Positions 38,119 to 49,131 of a DNA stretch of 64,000 nucleotides are shown here, piece by piece. Position 1 is the stretch's first letter. Each line of letters opens with the position of its first letter. The stretch lies in the NCBI GenBank assembly GCA_965231215.1, contig OZ246423.1, positions 1,184,001 through 1,248,000 of the forward strand, in the 5' to 3' direction. Made by a program: the position numbers and the translations under genes. Source of the stretch: Candidatus Altimarinota bacterium (GTDB lineage Bacteria; Patescibacteriota; Gracilibacteria; UBA4473). A model generated the notes under the pieces. That model worked only from the letters and a program-made list of their open reading frames with translations. It was not told the origin of the DNA and made no database searches.

Positions 38119-40419
38119 TTATGACTGTTTTTGTTTTAACAGCTCTTGTGGCTTGGTCGTCACAATTTTGTGTTCTCCGTAACTGGCGATGATCTGAATA
38201 GCCACGTGTTGGTTCCCGGCAAAGAAAAGTCCTTGTCCCACATTGGAATTGAGCAGTAAATATTTTTCCTGTTCGGTCAGGTTAAAGACCTTTTTAAGCA
38301 TCTCCATCGAAGAAGGCGCTTGTTTTAAAAGCAGTTGCATTGAAGAATTGGTAATAATGGGTTTGCCCCAAGGGGAGTGTAGAAAGTCTTCTACATCTTG
38401 AGTAATAGTAGAGATTCCAAGGTAGTATTTTCGAGCTCGTTTACAGAGGTTGTGCAAGAATCTTCCAGAATCATCATACTGTACGACATTCCAGGCCTCA
38501 TCTATTACGAGTAATCGTCGCTTCATCTGCGATCGTACGCGGTTCCAAATGTAGTTTAGTAGTATGTACATGGAAATAGGTCTCAGGCGATCTTCTAAAT
38601 CACGAATTCCAAAACAAACTAATCCAGACTTGAGATCTACATTTGTTTGGTCAGAAAATAACCCTGAAAAAGTTCCTTCTGTATATTTTTCGAGTCTCAT
38701 AGCGAGGCTTTTCCCGCCCACCATAGAGTCTAGAACACTTTGAAGATCTCTCATAGTTGGCATTTCGTATTCATATGGATTTTTAACTTCTGAGGTAATC
38801 CCTTTAATTTCATAACTTTGATATAGAGCCTTATCCATAAGACTTTCTTCCTCTGGCGTCATTTTCCCAAGCATGAGGTTCATAAGTCCCGCAAGGTTTA
38901 TGATGTTTTCTCGCAGTAAGGTTTCGGTGTTGTCTTCCTCTGGATCAATAGGAAGCGGAAGATCAAAAGGATTAATCCTATGATCTGAATTCAGGGATAT
39001 GTTGATGTACGTGCCGCCAATGGTATGAGTAAGTGTTTCGTATTCCTTTTCTGGATCCAAAATAATAACATCAGTTCCCACCATCATAGATCGGAGTACC
39101 TCTAATTTTACAGCATAAGATTTTCCAGCCCCTGACTTGGCAAAAATAACCGAATTGGCATTCTCAAGATTAAACCGGTCAAAAATGATCAAAGAATTAT
39201 TATGCCGGTTAAGGCCGTATAAGATGCCTTCATTTGAGGTTAAAGTTGAAGACACAAACGGAAAAGTAGTAGAAAGCGGAGAAGTATTCATATTTCCGTA
39301 GATATACAAGTCATCAGTACATTGCGGAAGGGTAGAATTAAACCCACGTTCTGTCTGAAATTCAGAAGGACGACTCATCACCAGTAGACCGCCCAAAATA
39401 GTTTCTACTTGTTTAGTAATCAGATCTAGTTTTTCTTGAGACTCAGCATAAACCGTAAAGTAAATCCCTACTTGAAAGAATCTTTCCTTGCCTCTTTGCA
39501 GATCTACTCGGAGTTGTTCAGCATCCTCAAGAGCCGTGTCCAGACTAGTGTCATTAGTGATGCCTTTGTCTTCACGCATATGTTTTGTGGCTCGCATTTC
39601 AGTCACTTTTTTTCTTAGTATCCGCATCATTCTGGATGAGTCTGTTGGATAGATAAACATAGAGATATCCATTGTCGCATCAAAATTAATGATTTGATTG
39701 AGCCAGTTACTTTCTAGATACCGCGGATAATTAAAAACATAATAAGTTCTTACATGCGTATTGCTCAGCTCCAGCTTTCTTGGAGAAATCTCCATAGAAC
39801 TTGGAGCAATAAGGTCTTTGATATTTATCACGCCTTCGTTATAAAATTTTTCTGCGGCGATAATTTTCTTCCGTATTTCTGGGGTGAGTTTCTTTTTATC
39901 TTTTTTGGGGTCGTAGTTTTCAAAGAGCTCCTTAAGAGCCTCATCTTCAGGTTCTGCCTTTTGAGCGGTTTGAGGGTTTTCTTTGAGGGCTTTATTTTTT
40001 TTGGCGATGGCTTTGTTTTTAGCCACATGGGCGGCCCATCGAGCTTTTAGATTCCCAAAAACCCCGCCGGATTTTTGAGCCTCAGGCTTTGGGTTTTGGT
40101 TGGTAGAAGTCTCTGGTGCTTTAGGCGTGGATTCTTGGACGACAGATGTCTGAGCATAAGGAATTTGATTTTCTACGGATTCAGTTTTAAGAGGACTGAG
40201 CGGAGAAACCTTTTTGGCCGGGGCTTCGGTTAGGGTGGTTTTTACCGTTATATTTTCTGCTGGAGCCGGGTTAGGCGTTTGGTCTTTTGGAGGCGGTGAA
40301 GCTGGTGTCTGCTCTGAGGCACTGGCTTGGTTTTGTAGGTCTTTAAGCGTAACAAAACCTTGTGTAGAACCATTACTGGCACCAGCTTGGGTGTTCGAAT
40401 TTGTATTTTTGTCAGGCAT
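38119..40419 (-). CDS. VirB4-like (ConE/DUF87-type) secretion ATPase with disordered N-terminus
   Basis: Walker A AKSGAGKS, ILDPEKEY, INPFD, Walker B LVIDEAW, KRARKY, ITQDVEDF, GQGLF; start MPDKNT at 40419. Confidence 0.9.
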   Translation of the reverse strand: MPDKNTNSNTQAGASNGSTQGFVTLKDLQNQASASEQTPASPPPKDQTPNPAPAENITVKTTLTEAPAKKVSPLSPLKTESVENQIPYAQTSVVQESTPKAPETSTNQNPKPEAQKSGGVFGNLKARWAAHVAKNKAIAKKNKALKENPQTAQKAEPEDEALKELFENYDPKKDKKKLTPEIRKKIIAAEKFYNEGVINIKDLIAPSSMEISPRKLELSNTHVRTYYVFNYPRYLESNWLNQIINFDATMDISMFIYPTDSSRMMRILRKKVTEMRATKHMREDKGITNDTSLDTALEDAEQLRVDLQRGKERFFQVGIYFTVYAESQEKLDLITKQVETILGGLLVMSRPSEFQTERGFNSTLPQCTDDLYIYGNMNTSPLSTTFPFVSSTLTSNEGILYGLNRHNNSLIIFDRFNLENANSVIFAKSGAGKSYAVKLEVLRSMMVGTDVIILDPEKEYETLTHTIGGTYINISLNSDHRINPFDLPLPIDPEEDNTETLLRENIINLAGLMNLMLGKMTPEEESLMDKALYQSYEIKGITSEVKNPYEYEMPTMRDLQSVLDSMVGGKSLAMRLEKYTEGTFSGLFSDQTNVDLKSGLVCFGIRDLEDRLRPISMYILLNYIWNRVRSQMKRRLLVIDEAWNVVQYDDSGRFLHNLCKRARKYYLGISTITQDVEDFLHSPWGKPIITNSSMQLLLKQAPSSMEMLKKVFNLTEQEKYLLLNSNVGQGLFFAGNQHVAIQIIASYGEHKIVTTKPQELLKQKQS

Positions 40420-41048
40420 AATCTGGTTATTATACCTCAAAATAGCGGCTTTTTCAATGCGGAGGGTTTGCAAAAACAAAGAAATATTTTTTTTAAAACA
40501 TTCTATAGATAGAAAAACAATAGATCAAAGGTTGGATTTTTAAAATTTATAAAAAAAACGTGAACCATTTTTCCCATATAACAGAGGGGTGATCCACGTT
40601 TTTTAGTTCTCCAATTTTGTCTTCCTGTAATCGATTTTTTTTAAGCGGATTACACGCTTTTTGTATTTATTTTTGTTTGGTGGGTGTTTTTTAATAACAG
40701 ATCAAAAGCAAGGCGCTCTAAATTAATAGAGATGGCTTTCTCTCTGATGTCTCAAGCTTAACGTTTGAGAAAGGGGAGAGGAAGACCAGGAGAAAACTCG
40801 ACTCTAACGAATTCCGTCAAAATCCCAATATGGTGATCGGTCGCCAAAGTCGAGATTCCTCCCGGGGGGAATTTCAAAAGTATGCAAAATTCTCAAAGAA
40901 CAGGCCATTGTACCAGAAAAATAACTAAAAATCAAAGGTTTTAATTTAAAATCTTAAAATATTGTTGGAAGGCGATTTTTTATAGGTGGCTGTCTTGTTT
41001 TTATGATAAAATTTCGATATAATGAAAGGAATATAAAAATAAAAATTC

Positions 41049-43682
41049 ATGAAGGGACTCTCCCAATCGGAAGTGGAAATTCGGCTTAGTAAATATGGTA
41101 AAAATATTCTTCAAGCCAAAAAAGCTAACCCCTGGTATAAAATTCTAGCCTCACAGTTTACGGATTTACTCGTGATTATTTTGATCGTGGCAGCTGGAAT
41201 ATCCTTTACTCTTGGGCATGACCCAGCCGATGGAATTGTAATTCTGGGGATTGTGATTTTGAATGCGGCTATTGGATTTTTTCAAGAATTTAGAACAGAA
41301 AAAACGCTTGAAGCCCTTAAAAAAATGGTGCATCCAGAGATTAGAGTAATTAGAGATGGTGAAGAACAATTGATTCAAACCGAAGATATTGTCCCAGGCG
41401 ACATTATTATTTTAGGAGAAGGAGATAAAATTCCGGCGGATGGAAAATTGATTGAAACGCACTCCCTGAAAGTGGAAGAATCAGCGCTGACAGGGGAGAG
41501 TGTCCCGTTAGAAAAAAAAGAAGATCATGAAGTATTTATGGGAACGAGTGTGGCTCGTGGTTCTGGAGTTTTTGAAGTTACCAAGACTGGTATGGATACC
41601 AAGTTTGGTGAAATTGCCAGGCTTACAACCGAAACTGAAAAAACAAAATCACCTCTTCAGATTGAGCTATATCGTATTGGAGTTTTTGTAACCAAAGTAA
41701 CGGGTGTTATGTGTTTTATTCTTTTCCTTATTGGCCTTTGGAGGGAGGCTTCTGTGGTAGAGAGTTTGCTTTTTTCGGTATCGGTAGCTATTGCGGCGGT
41801 GCCAGAAGGATTGCCTACGACTATTACGATTGCTCTAGCTTTGGGGGCTACGGTATTAGCTCGTAAACAAGCCATTATCAAAAAACTCTCTTCGGTAGAA
41901 ACCCTAGGCGCCGTAACTACTATTTGTTCTGATAAAACCGGAACCCTTACCAAAAATGAGATGACGGTTCGAGAAATCTACCTCCCAGATCGTTCTATTT
42001 ATAACGTTTCAGGCGTAGGGTATGACCCACATTCAGGGAAAATTAATTACACGGGAGGACACCAGAATCACAAACCCAACCCAGACCTTTTACAAAAACT
42101 TTTAGATATTTGTTACCATTGTAATGAAGCAAAGCTCGTTCACAAAGACCATCGATTTTCCATTTTAGGAGATCCTACAGAAGGCGCCCTTTTGACGCTT
42201 TATGCTAAGTCCAAACCAGAGTTAGAACTCTTGACGGGGCTTGAAAAAGCCAAGGTAAATGAAATTTTTCCGTTTGATTCAGACCGAAAAATGATGTCGA
42301 TAATTGTAAAAGAAAAAATCATGGTGAAGGGATCACCAGATCAAGTGTTACAAAAATGTACACACTGGCACGATGGGAAAAAGCTACACAAATTGGATCA
42401 GGATAAACGTGCAAAAATTCAAGCGCATTATCAACGTATGGCTGAAAATGCACTGAGAGTTTTAGCTTTTGCTCAGCGGGACATTCATCACAAAGACTAC
42501 CCAGAATCGGCTGAACAAGCCGAACAAAACCTGGTGTTTGTAGGATTGGCTGGAATGATTGATCCGCCACGGGGAACGGTACGCAAAGCCGTTGAAAAAT
42601 GTAGATCTGCCGGAATTCGAGTGATTGTTATTACTGGTGACTATGGGGTTACCGCTGAAGCTATTGCAAGAGAATTAGGGATTGTAAAAGGACATAATAC
42701 GGAAGTGTTTACAGGAGATGAGGTTCGAAAAATCTCAGATGCCGATCTTTCTAAAATGCTTAGAGATAGGAAAAGGTCCCTTATTTTTGCGCGGAGTCTT
42801 CCAGAACAAAAAATGCGAGTTGTCCGACTGCTCCAAGATCAAGGAGAGATTGTGGCCATGACCGGAGACGGAGTGAATGATGCACCAGCGCTTAAAAAAG
42901 CAGACATAGGGGTGGCCATGGGAATCACCGGGACTGAAGTCTCTAAAGAGTCTGCTACGATGATTTTGGTAAATGATTCTTTTGCTTCTATTGTTACGGC
43001 TGTAGAAGAGGGGAGACGTATTTATGAAAATCTAAAGAAATTCATCTGGTTTATTTTTGCCTGTAATATTGCAGAACTTTTTGTGATTTTTGCGGCTATT
43101 CTTTTCAACCTCCCTTTACCATTAACCGCTATATTGATCTTATGTGTAGATTTAGGAACCGATATTCTTCCAGCTATTGCGCTTGGAGTAGACGGAGCTG
43201 AAAAAGGCCTTATGAAAAACAAACCACGAGATACGCGCACTCCAGTTATGAACAAACATTTCGTAATGAATTTCCTAATTACAGGGTTTAGTACCGGAAT
43301 AGTAATGACCTTTGGGTTCTTGTTTACACTTTATAGTTACGGATGGACTTGGGCGGATGGATTAGAAATAGAGGAATCAATTTTGGTTCATGCTCAAACA
43401 GTGGCCTTTACGATGCTTGTAGTTGTACAGCTAATTAATGCCTTCTCGGCTCGATCATTTACACAATCGGTATTTAGAATGAACCCTTTGGCTAATTATT
43501 TCTTGCTGGTTTCAATTCTATTCTCAGTGATTATGGTATTGGCTATGCTCTACATCCCCTTCCTAAATGAAGCGTTGGGAACCTATCCACTTAATAGTTT
43601 TGATTGGGGAATTGTAATGGTGGCCTCAATTATTCCACTCTTTGTGGTAGAGATTCAAAAACTGTTTTTACGAAAGAATTAA
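41049..43682 (+). CDS. P-type IIA cation (Ca2+-like) transporting ATPase
   Basis: TGES, PEGLP, DKTGT, KGSP, MTGDGVNDAPALK. Confidence 0.95.
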   Translation: MKGLSQSEVEIRLSKYGKNILQAKKANPWYKILASQFTDLLVIILIVAAGISFTLGHDPADGIVILGIVILNAAIGFFQEFRTEKTLEALKKMVHPEIRVIRDGEEQLIQTEDIVPGDIIILGEGDKIPADGKLIETHSLKVEESALTGESVPLEKKEDHEVFMGTSVARGSGVFEVTKTGMDTKFGEIARLTTETEKTKSPLQIELYRIGVFVTKVTGVMCFILFLIGLWREASVVESLLFSVSVAIAAVPEGLPTTITIALALGATVLARKQAIIKKLSSVETLGAVTTICSDKTGTLTKNEMTVREIYLPDRSIYNVSGVGYDPHSGKINYTGGHQNHKPNPDLLQKLLDICYHCNEAKLVHKDHRFSILGDPTEGALLTLYAKSKPELELLTGLEKAKVNEIFPFDSDRKMMSIIVKEKIMVKGSPDQVLQKCTHWHDGKKLHKLDQDKRAKIQAHYQRMAENALRVLAFAQRDIHHKDYPESAEQAEQNLVFVGLAGMIDPPRGTVRKAVEKCRSAGIRVIVITGDYGVTAEAIARELGIVKGHNTEVFTGDEVRKISDADLSKMLRDRKRSLIFARSLPEQKMRVVRLLQDQGEIVAMTGDGVNDAPALKKADIGVAMGITGTEVSKESATMILVNDSFASIVTAVEEGRRIYENLKKFIWFIFACNIAELFVIFAAILFNLPLPLTAILILCVDLGTDILPAIALGVDGAEKGLMKNKPRDTRTPVMNKHFVMNFLITGFSTGIVMTFGFLFTLYSYGWTWADGLEIEESILVHAQTVAFTMLVVVQLINAFSARSFTQSVFRMNPLANYFLLVSILFSVIMVLAMLYIPFLNEALGTYPLNSFDWGIVMVASIIPLFVVEIQKLFLRKN

Positions 43683-43933
43683 GGCCCCAAAAGATCTGTT
43701 TCTATTTTGACTTCCCGGCCTGGTGCTGGGGGCTGATCTTTATTTTATTTTTGGTCACTACTACGAAATAATCTTATGGAATTAGATGGTCACGTTTATT
43801 TAAAAATTAAACTTTTGTATTCGCTCTCAATGATATTATTAGATTTAGATAAAAACATTCTTGGCTTTTGGCAACCTGATGCACTTAATAAAAATATATA
43901 AATATGTTATAATGTCTGGATTAATTTCAAATC

Positions 43934-44461
43934 ATGTCCAAAAAAGAATCTAACATCAAACGAATCAGTAGCCAGAATGCTGGCAAAAAACTCCTTTCTT
44001 GGTACGCACCAGATTATCATCCGTATGAAAAGGGGATTGTATGGTACACCATCTTTTTACTTTTCATTTTTGGATGTTCTGTCTTTTTTATCTTCTGGGA
44101 TCCAGAATGGGGATGGGTAAGCGCCTTTACCTTTTGTTTTGTAGCGGCGGTTTATATCATGGCTCACAAAGATGGGCACAAAATGCATCACATTGAAATC
44201 ACAGAAAGGTGTTTACTTTTTGATGATGTAAATTGTTTTCCTTGGAGACAGTTTAAAGGCTATTGGATTATGGATGATCATGGAGCACGAGTGATTCATT
44301 TTGAGATCGAAAATGTTAATTTTGTTAAAAGAATCACGCTGCAATTAGAAGACACTGATGAAAAAAAATTAGAAAAAGCGATGGAAAAAGTAAAAATGAA
44401 ACATCTTGAAGATCAAGAAGAACACTTTTTGGAACTCTGGTCTCGAGTATTTAAACTCTAA
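43934..44461 (+). CDS. Hypothetical two-TM membrane protein
   Basis: LSWYAPDYHPYEKG..WY, two TM segments, FPWRQFKGYW; a pattern common in CPR genomes. Confidence 0.7.
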   Translation: MSKKESNIKRISSQNAGKKLLSWYAPDYHPYEKGIVWYTIFLLFIFGCSVFFIFWDPEWGWVSAFTFCFVAAVYIMAHKDGHKMHHIEITERCLLFDDVNCFPWRQFKGYWIMDDHGARVIHFEIENVNFVKRITLQLEDTDEKKLEKAMEKVKMKHLEDQEEHFLELWSRVFKL

Positions 44462-44467
44462 TGAATA

Positions 44468-46879
44468 ATGTCAAAACCTCGACGTGTGCCGAACGGACTT
44501 TCTGATAACCCACCTGATGGGTTTGATTTTGGTGCAGGTAGAGGCGGACAAGCTGATGCCTTTAATGTACCTTTTGATGCAGGAGATCCAAGACGTATAC
44601 TAGATGGAAAGGCTTTGAAAGAGTGGGGTGATCAATTAGAGTTTTTTGATAAAGAGGAAACGACTCCAGGAGAACGAATCCGTTTGGCTCAAAGAGTTGA
44701 AGGTAAAGCTGATCGTGAAAAACTTCAGCAAGAAGTTTTGCGTGATATAGAGCGGTATATAAATAAGGAAGGAAGAAAGACACTTGCCACAGAAACTTAT
44801 TTAGCCGCACTCCAAGATCCAAACTCAGGTATTGGAACTCCAGAAGAAAGAGCTCTTGCCGCTCAACTTGCCAAAGGTACTGGTACGGCTCGACAAAGAG
44901 AAGAACTTGAACGAGTTATTCGTGGAACATTTGGTAACATTGAAAACCTTACAGAAACCAATCAAAAACTAGCTGAATACCTTCAAAAGTTAGAAACATC
45001 AGATCCGGTTAAATACCAGGAACTGATGCAGAAAGTTTCTACCAAAATGGCAGATAACTTAGATAGGTCTGGGATCAAGCCGAAGTCTTTTTATAACGTT
45101 TTAGTAGGAGAATTTGAAGGACTACAAAATCATGTCAGCAATACCATGTCAGAGTTTTCTGGTTTTGGAAAAGAACAGATGATTTCGACCGCTACTATTG
45201 GTGGTGCCACAGGGGCTATAATGTTTTTAACCGGTAGCCCACATGCTGGAAAATGGTTGGCAGCTGGTACAGCCGTTGGACTTATTCTAAATAATACAGC
45301 CGCGACTCAAGCCACTATAGAAATTGGTAATACCGCTGCTAGAGCGGTTCCATCCACACTCGGATTACTTGCGCGAGGAGGATTCCACTTAGCTGATGGG
45401 TTTAACGGACTTATTATCGGAAATCCAGATGCACTTGTAGGAGGGACTAAGGACTTTTTGACCAAAGATCTTTCTCGGTTTGCTCGGGACACATTGCAAC
45501 CACTTAAATTTGGTGGAGAGCTACCTCGGGGATACAGGGAACTCCAAGAAATCCGGACAGATTTCCTGGTTAAAAGTGTAGCTCAAGCTCCAGCACAAAT
45601 TAAACCTGTGCTTGAGTACATTATTAAAGTTCAAAAAAATGAACAAATTACACACGTTCCGACTAAAGCTCAAATAGAAGCTGCGGCTCAATTCCTGGCT
45701 CAAACAGAACACCTTGAAGTTACGGCAAAAGCCAACAAAGCTGAAATAATGACCAAGTTTATGACTGGGACGCCTTTAAGTGATATTGAGAAAAGACAGT
45801 TATTGATTTCTGAATATAATGACTTGATTCGCTCTTCGTTTAATCCAGAAGATAAATATGAACATAAAGACTTTTTAGCTCAAAGTGAAGTTTTTTATAA
45901 GGCTCTAAAAGAAGCTAAATCACAAGTAAGTGCTGGAAGTCTTAGTGCTATAGGTATAAATCAGGCTATTCCGAGTTCTAATTTAAGTAGTATTGATTTC
46001 ACGGTAGATAAAAAGAAAATTGAAGCCGCTTATGCCAGCATTTCAGCTGAGTATAACAAGCTAGGTATTAGTGATAGACCTCTGAACCTTATGGATTTTG
46101 CTGGGACTAAAGGTATTTTTGTGATTTGGTTTATGCTTAATGTTATTTCTACAGCTTGGACTGGGGGAGTTACCGCCTACCAAGCCAATAAAGCTAGAAA
46201 GAAGAAAAAAGCCGAAAGTATTGATACTGAAACACCCCTTAAAAATAAAAAACTCCGTGAAAATATTAGATCGGCCGCTAAAACCAAGAAAGTGGATGAA
46301 ACTTATAAAGCTATGACTAAAGGTAGAGATAAGAATGCTATAATTTCTTACAGCAAACCGGTGGCGGCAGCTTTAGCTGGAAAGACCTTTGCTGAAAGTG
46401 ATGAATCTTATCAAGAATTTGTAAGGTTGCTTAGCCGAGATACAGTGAGTGCAGTTGAATTAAGAAACAAGTTTTTTGAGGCTCTCCGACCTGTTCGAGA
46501 TGCTGCGGAACTCGAAAAAAAAGAGGCTATTGATAAGCTCCAAAACTTTCATGCCATTAGATATAAGCTTGATAAATTTGCAAAACTTCGACAAGCTCAT
46601 GGATCTGGGGCAACGGGAAAAATTAGTATTAATGGAGAATCTTTTAAAGTTAAAAGCAAAAATAACTGGATTTCACGATTTTTTAGTTTTATTACTCTTC
46701 GGTCAAACTTAGATAATGCTTCGGGAGAGTCTCCAAAAATTCCAACAGACGAGGGAAATTTACAATTTAAAGTAGAAGATGGAGTCTTTAAGTATAAAAT
46801 TGGCGAGGATCAAAAGGTTTATATTGAAGTAAAAGCAAATGAGTTTGAGGCTCAGAGCATCGAAAAGATTAAAAAATAG
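44468..46879 (+). CDS. Large hypothetical helical protein with Gly/Ala-rich hydrophobic segments
   Basis: 803-aa ORF; ATIGGATGAIMFLTG...LAAGTAVGLIL and GIFVIWFMLNVISTAW segments. Confidence 0.75.
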   Translation: MSKPRRVPNGLSDNPPDGFDFGAGRGGQADAFNVPFDAGDPRRILDGKALKEWGDQLEFFDKEETTPGERIRLAQRVEGKADREKLQQEVLRDIERYINKEGRKTLATETYLAALQDPNSGIGTPEERALAAQLAKGTGTARQREELERVIRGTFGNIENLTETNQKLAEYLQKLETSDPVKYQELMQKVSTKMADNLDRSGIKPKSFYNVLVGEFEGLQNHVSNTMSEFSGFGKEQMISTATIGGATGAIMFLTGSPHAGKWLAAGTAVGLILNNTAATQATIEIGNTAARAVPSTLGLLARGGFHLADGFNGLIIGNPDALVGGTKDFLTKDLSRFARDTLQPLKFGGELPRGYRELQEIRTDFLVKSVAQAPAQIKPVLEYIIKVQKNEQITHVPTKAQIEAAAQFLAQTEHLEVTAKANKAEIMTKFMTGTPLSDIEKRQLLISEYNDLIRSSFNPEDKYEHKDFLAQSEVFYKALKEAKSQVSAGSLSAIGINQAIPSSNLSSIDFTVDKKKIEAAYASISAEYNKLGISDRPLNLMDFAGTKGIFVIWFMLNVISTAWTGGVTAYQANKARKKKKAESIDTETPLKNKKLRENIRSAAKTKKVDETYKAMTKGRDKNAIISYSKPVAAALAGKTFAESDESYQEFVRLLSRDTVSAVELRNKFFEALRPVRDAAELEKKEAIDKLQNFHAIRYKLDKFAKLRQAHGSGATGKISINGESFKVKSKNNWISRFFSFITLRSNLDNASGESPKIPTDEGNLQFKVEDGVFKYKIGEDQKVYIEVKANEFEAQSIEKIKK

Positions 46880-46992
46880 TATATATAAAACATCCTTCAA
46901 AAAAATCAAGTAAATACAGTCCTGCAAAGACTTTCAGGATTGTTTTTTACGTTAATTTCTGGTACAATTAGGGGATTTATTTTCAAATTTTT

Positions 46993-48972
46993 ATGAAAAT
47001 CTTTACCTCTCGATACCTATTATGGTCTTTTGCAGCTATAGTTGTAGCCAGTTTCATGTTTCCTGATGTGGCTTTTGCAACCGAGCAAGGGAAGTCTCCT
47101 ACACTGGAAAACTTTGGTCAGATTGCTTCGCAGTTAGTGCATGTACTTACAGCCGCCGCCCTTTTGATCATTCAGTTTATGCCTCCAGTTTGGGGAACAG
47201 ATCTCATTACAGGAGATCAGATCATTGAGGGGCTACGTCCAATGTGGAAGTTTATTCGTAATGCAATGAACTTAGTTTTTGTAATAGTGCTTATCCTCGT
47301 GGCTTTTGCCAATATGCTAAGCAATGGAGGAAAACAAGGGGGAAGCATCCTTCAAAACTGGTCTATTAAATCAAAACTAGGCCCAATTATTTTGGGACTT
47401 GTGGCCATTAACTTTTCACTCTTGATGGTGAAAGTACTTGCTGATGCCGTGTATGTGGTAACAACCGCTATTTTCAGTGTGGCAGATCAAGCCATTGCGT
47501 CTGAAGGAGTACAAGATGTAAATGCCATGTTTGATATGGAAGTAGACACTACTACCTTTGAACGGTGTAAGAAAAAACATGGTGGTAGTGGGGGAAAATG
47601 TGAAAAAATTCGAAAACTCCTTAACAACACCTATTGTGGGAGTAAAAGTACCGAAAAGTCTCCATGTTTCTTCAAAATTAAAGATAAAATTAATGTAACT
47701 CAGATTGTTGATCCAGAGAAGAAGAATGTAGTTTTAGCTTTTGGGTTTTTCTTTATGCATTTAGAGATGTTACCGATTGTAGCAGCTAAAGCGAAGAATG
47801 TATTTGATGTGTTAGATGATACACTCTTCTCACTCATTATGGCGGTGGCTTACTTACTCGCCATGATTGCGGCTTTTATCGTGATGCTCATACGAGTTCT
47901 TATGATGTGGGTATTTATCCTGCTCTCACCCATATTGGTAACGGCTTGGGTCTTGGGCTGGACTTCCCAGATTGGGAAGCTTAATGAACAGTTTTGGGCT
48001 TATCTAATAGTGCCAGTGAAGATTGCGGCAGCCTTTACCTTTAGTTTTATTCTGATTGCCGTACTTGATGGAATCACCCCATCTCCGGAACATTTTACCG
48101 GCTATGTAGATCCAGGGCCACCTCTTAAAAAGTTCTGGGGAACTAATGAAGGATGGAAGTTTGTGTGGAAAATCTTTACGGTAATGCTGTTCTGGAAAAC
48201 TGTCTTCTGGGCTATGGAAGGGTTAGAAGGGGCTCAAGCTATTACAGATAAAATACAAGGATTTGGAACCCAACTTGGAAAAACTGCTCTAGCCTTTGGA
48301 GCTGATCAAATTCCAATTGGAGGAGGAAAAACTGCAGCTTCACTCTTAAGTTCGACAGGAAACCCAGTAGCACAATTAAGTGCTTTAGAAAGAGCTGCAA
48401 CTGAAACGGATGGAAGTCAGACCCCTGGAGAACTTCTTGAAATTGCTAAATCAAGAACTAAAGGAGCAGAGAAGGCCGATAAAGCACTTTCAGGAGTTAC
48501 AAAGAGTGCTACAGGACTAAAAGATGCCCTTTCTAAACTATCCGAATCGGATTTAAAATCTTACTTGAGTGATAGTGGTAGACTTAAGACATTTAAGAAT
48601 ACTTTTGGAAAGTCAGCTAAAGAAATTTCCAATACAGATATAAGTGGAATGTCAGCAGATGAAATAGTTAGAAAATTAAAACCTTTTATTGGAACGTCGA
48701 CTGACTCAACTTCAACCCCAGCACCTACGACTACAACCACAGAGGCTAAATTTGATGAAGCTAAACTAGCGGAGGCTATGAAAGAGGGTCTCAGTAAAGA
48801 TCGAGTAATGACAGCAGATCAATTAGGATTAAGTGGTGTACAAGGCGCAGATGCGTTAGCCGCTATTCGAGAAAAACTTGAACCTAAACTAAAACCAAAA
48901 AAACTTAGAGTTATTGCAGATCCAGATGGAAAAGGATTTAAAATTGTTGCTGCAAAAACAGATACAGAATAA
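46993..48972 (+). CDS. VirB6/TrbL-like polytopic membrane protein
   Basis: Signal peptide; W..IRNAMN.VF..VL, LVAINFSL, LIRVLMMWVFILLSPI pattern; soluble C-terminal tail. Confidence 0.65.
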   Translation: MKIFTSRYLLWSFAAIVVASFMFPDVAFATEQGKSPTLENFGQIASQLVHVLTAAALLIIQFMPPVWGTDLITGDQIIEGLRPMWKFIRNAMNLVFVIVLILVAFANMLSNGGKQGGSILQNWSIKSKLGPIILGLVAINFSLLMVKVLADAVYVVTTAIFSVADQAIASEGVQDVNAMFDMEVDTTTFERCKKKHGGSGGKCEKIRKLLNNTYCGSKSTEKSPCFFKIKDKINVTQIVDPEKKNVVLAFGFFFMHLEMLPIVAAKAKNVFDVLDDTLFSLIMAVAYLLAMIAAFIVMLIRVLMMWVFILLSPILVTAWVLGWTSQIGKLNEQFWAYLIVPVKIAAAFTFSFILIAVLDGITPSPEHFTGYVDPGPPLKKFWGTNEGWKFVWKIFTVMLFWKTVFWAMEGLEGAQAITDKIQGFGTQLGKTALAFGADQIPIGGGKTAASLLSSTGNPVAQLSALERAATETDGSQTPGELLEIAKSRTKGAEKADKALSGVTKSATGLKDALSKLSESDLKSYLSDSGRLKTFKNTFGKSAKEISNTDISGMSADEIVRKLKPFIGTSTDSTSTPAPTTTTTEAKFDEAKLAEAMKEGLSKDRVMTADQLGLSGVQGADALAAIREKLEPKLKPKKLRVIADPDGKGFKIVAAKTDTE

Positions 48973-48988
48973 TCAAAAATAACTCTAT

Positions 48989-49024
48989 AAAATACCAACT
49001 CAAAGAAAGAGTTGGTATTTTTTT
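48989..49024 (+). terminator. Intrinsic terminator
   Basis: aaaataccaactc-aaagaaa-gagttggtatttt followed by T tract. Confidence 0.8.
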
Positions 49025-49131
49025 ATGCATTCATTTTACAATAAAATAAAACATGTTTTTGTAAATACTCTTTAGTGGTGTTTTTTGTGTGAAATTGGTA
49101 TAATACTCAGACTCTTTTTTAGTCAATCTAG

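Noticed and set aside
40765-40790. yybP-ykoY Mn riboswitch upstream of the P-type ATPase (aaaggggagagg)
   Set aside because: Only partly matches the AAAGGGGAGTAGC core, and the ATPase has its own -10 box at ~41018, downstream of the structure.
40553-40915. tmRNA or RNase P RNA
   Set aside because: No GGGG...TCCACCA tRNA-like ends and no GAGGAAAGTCC core were found on either strand.
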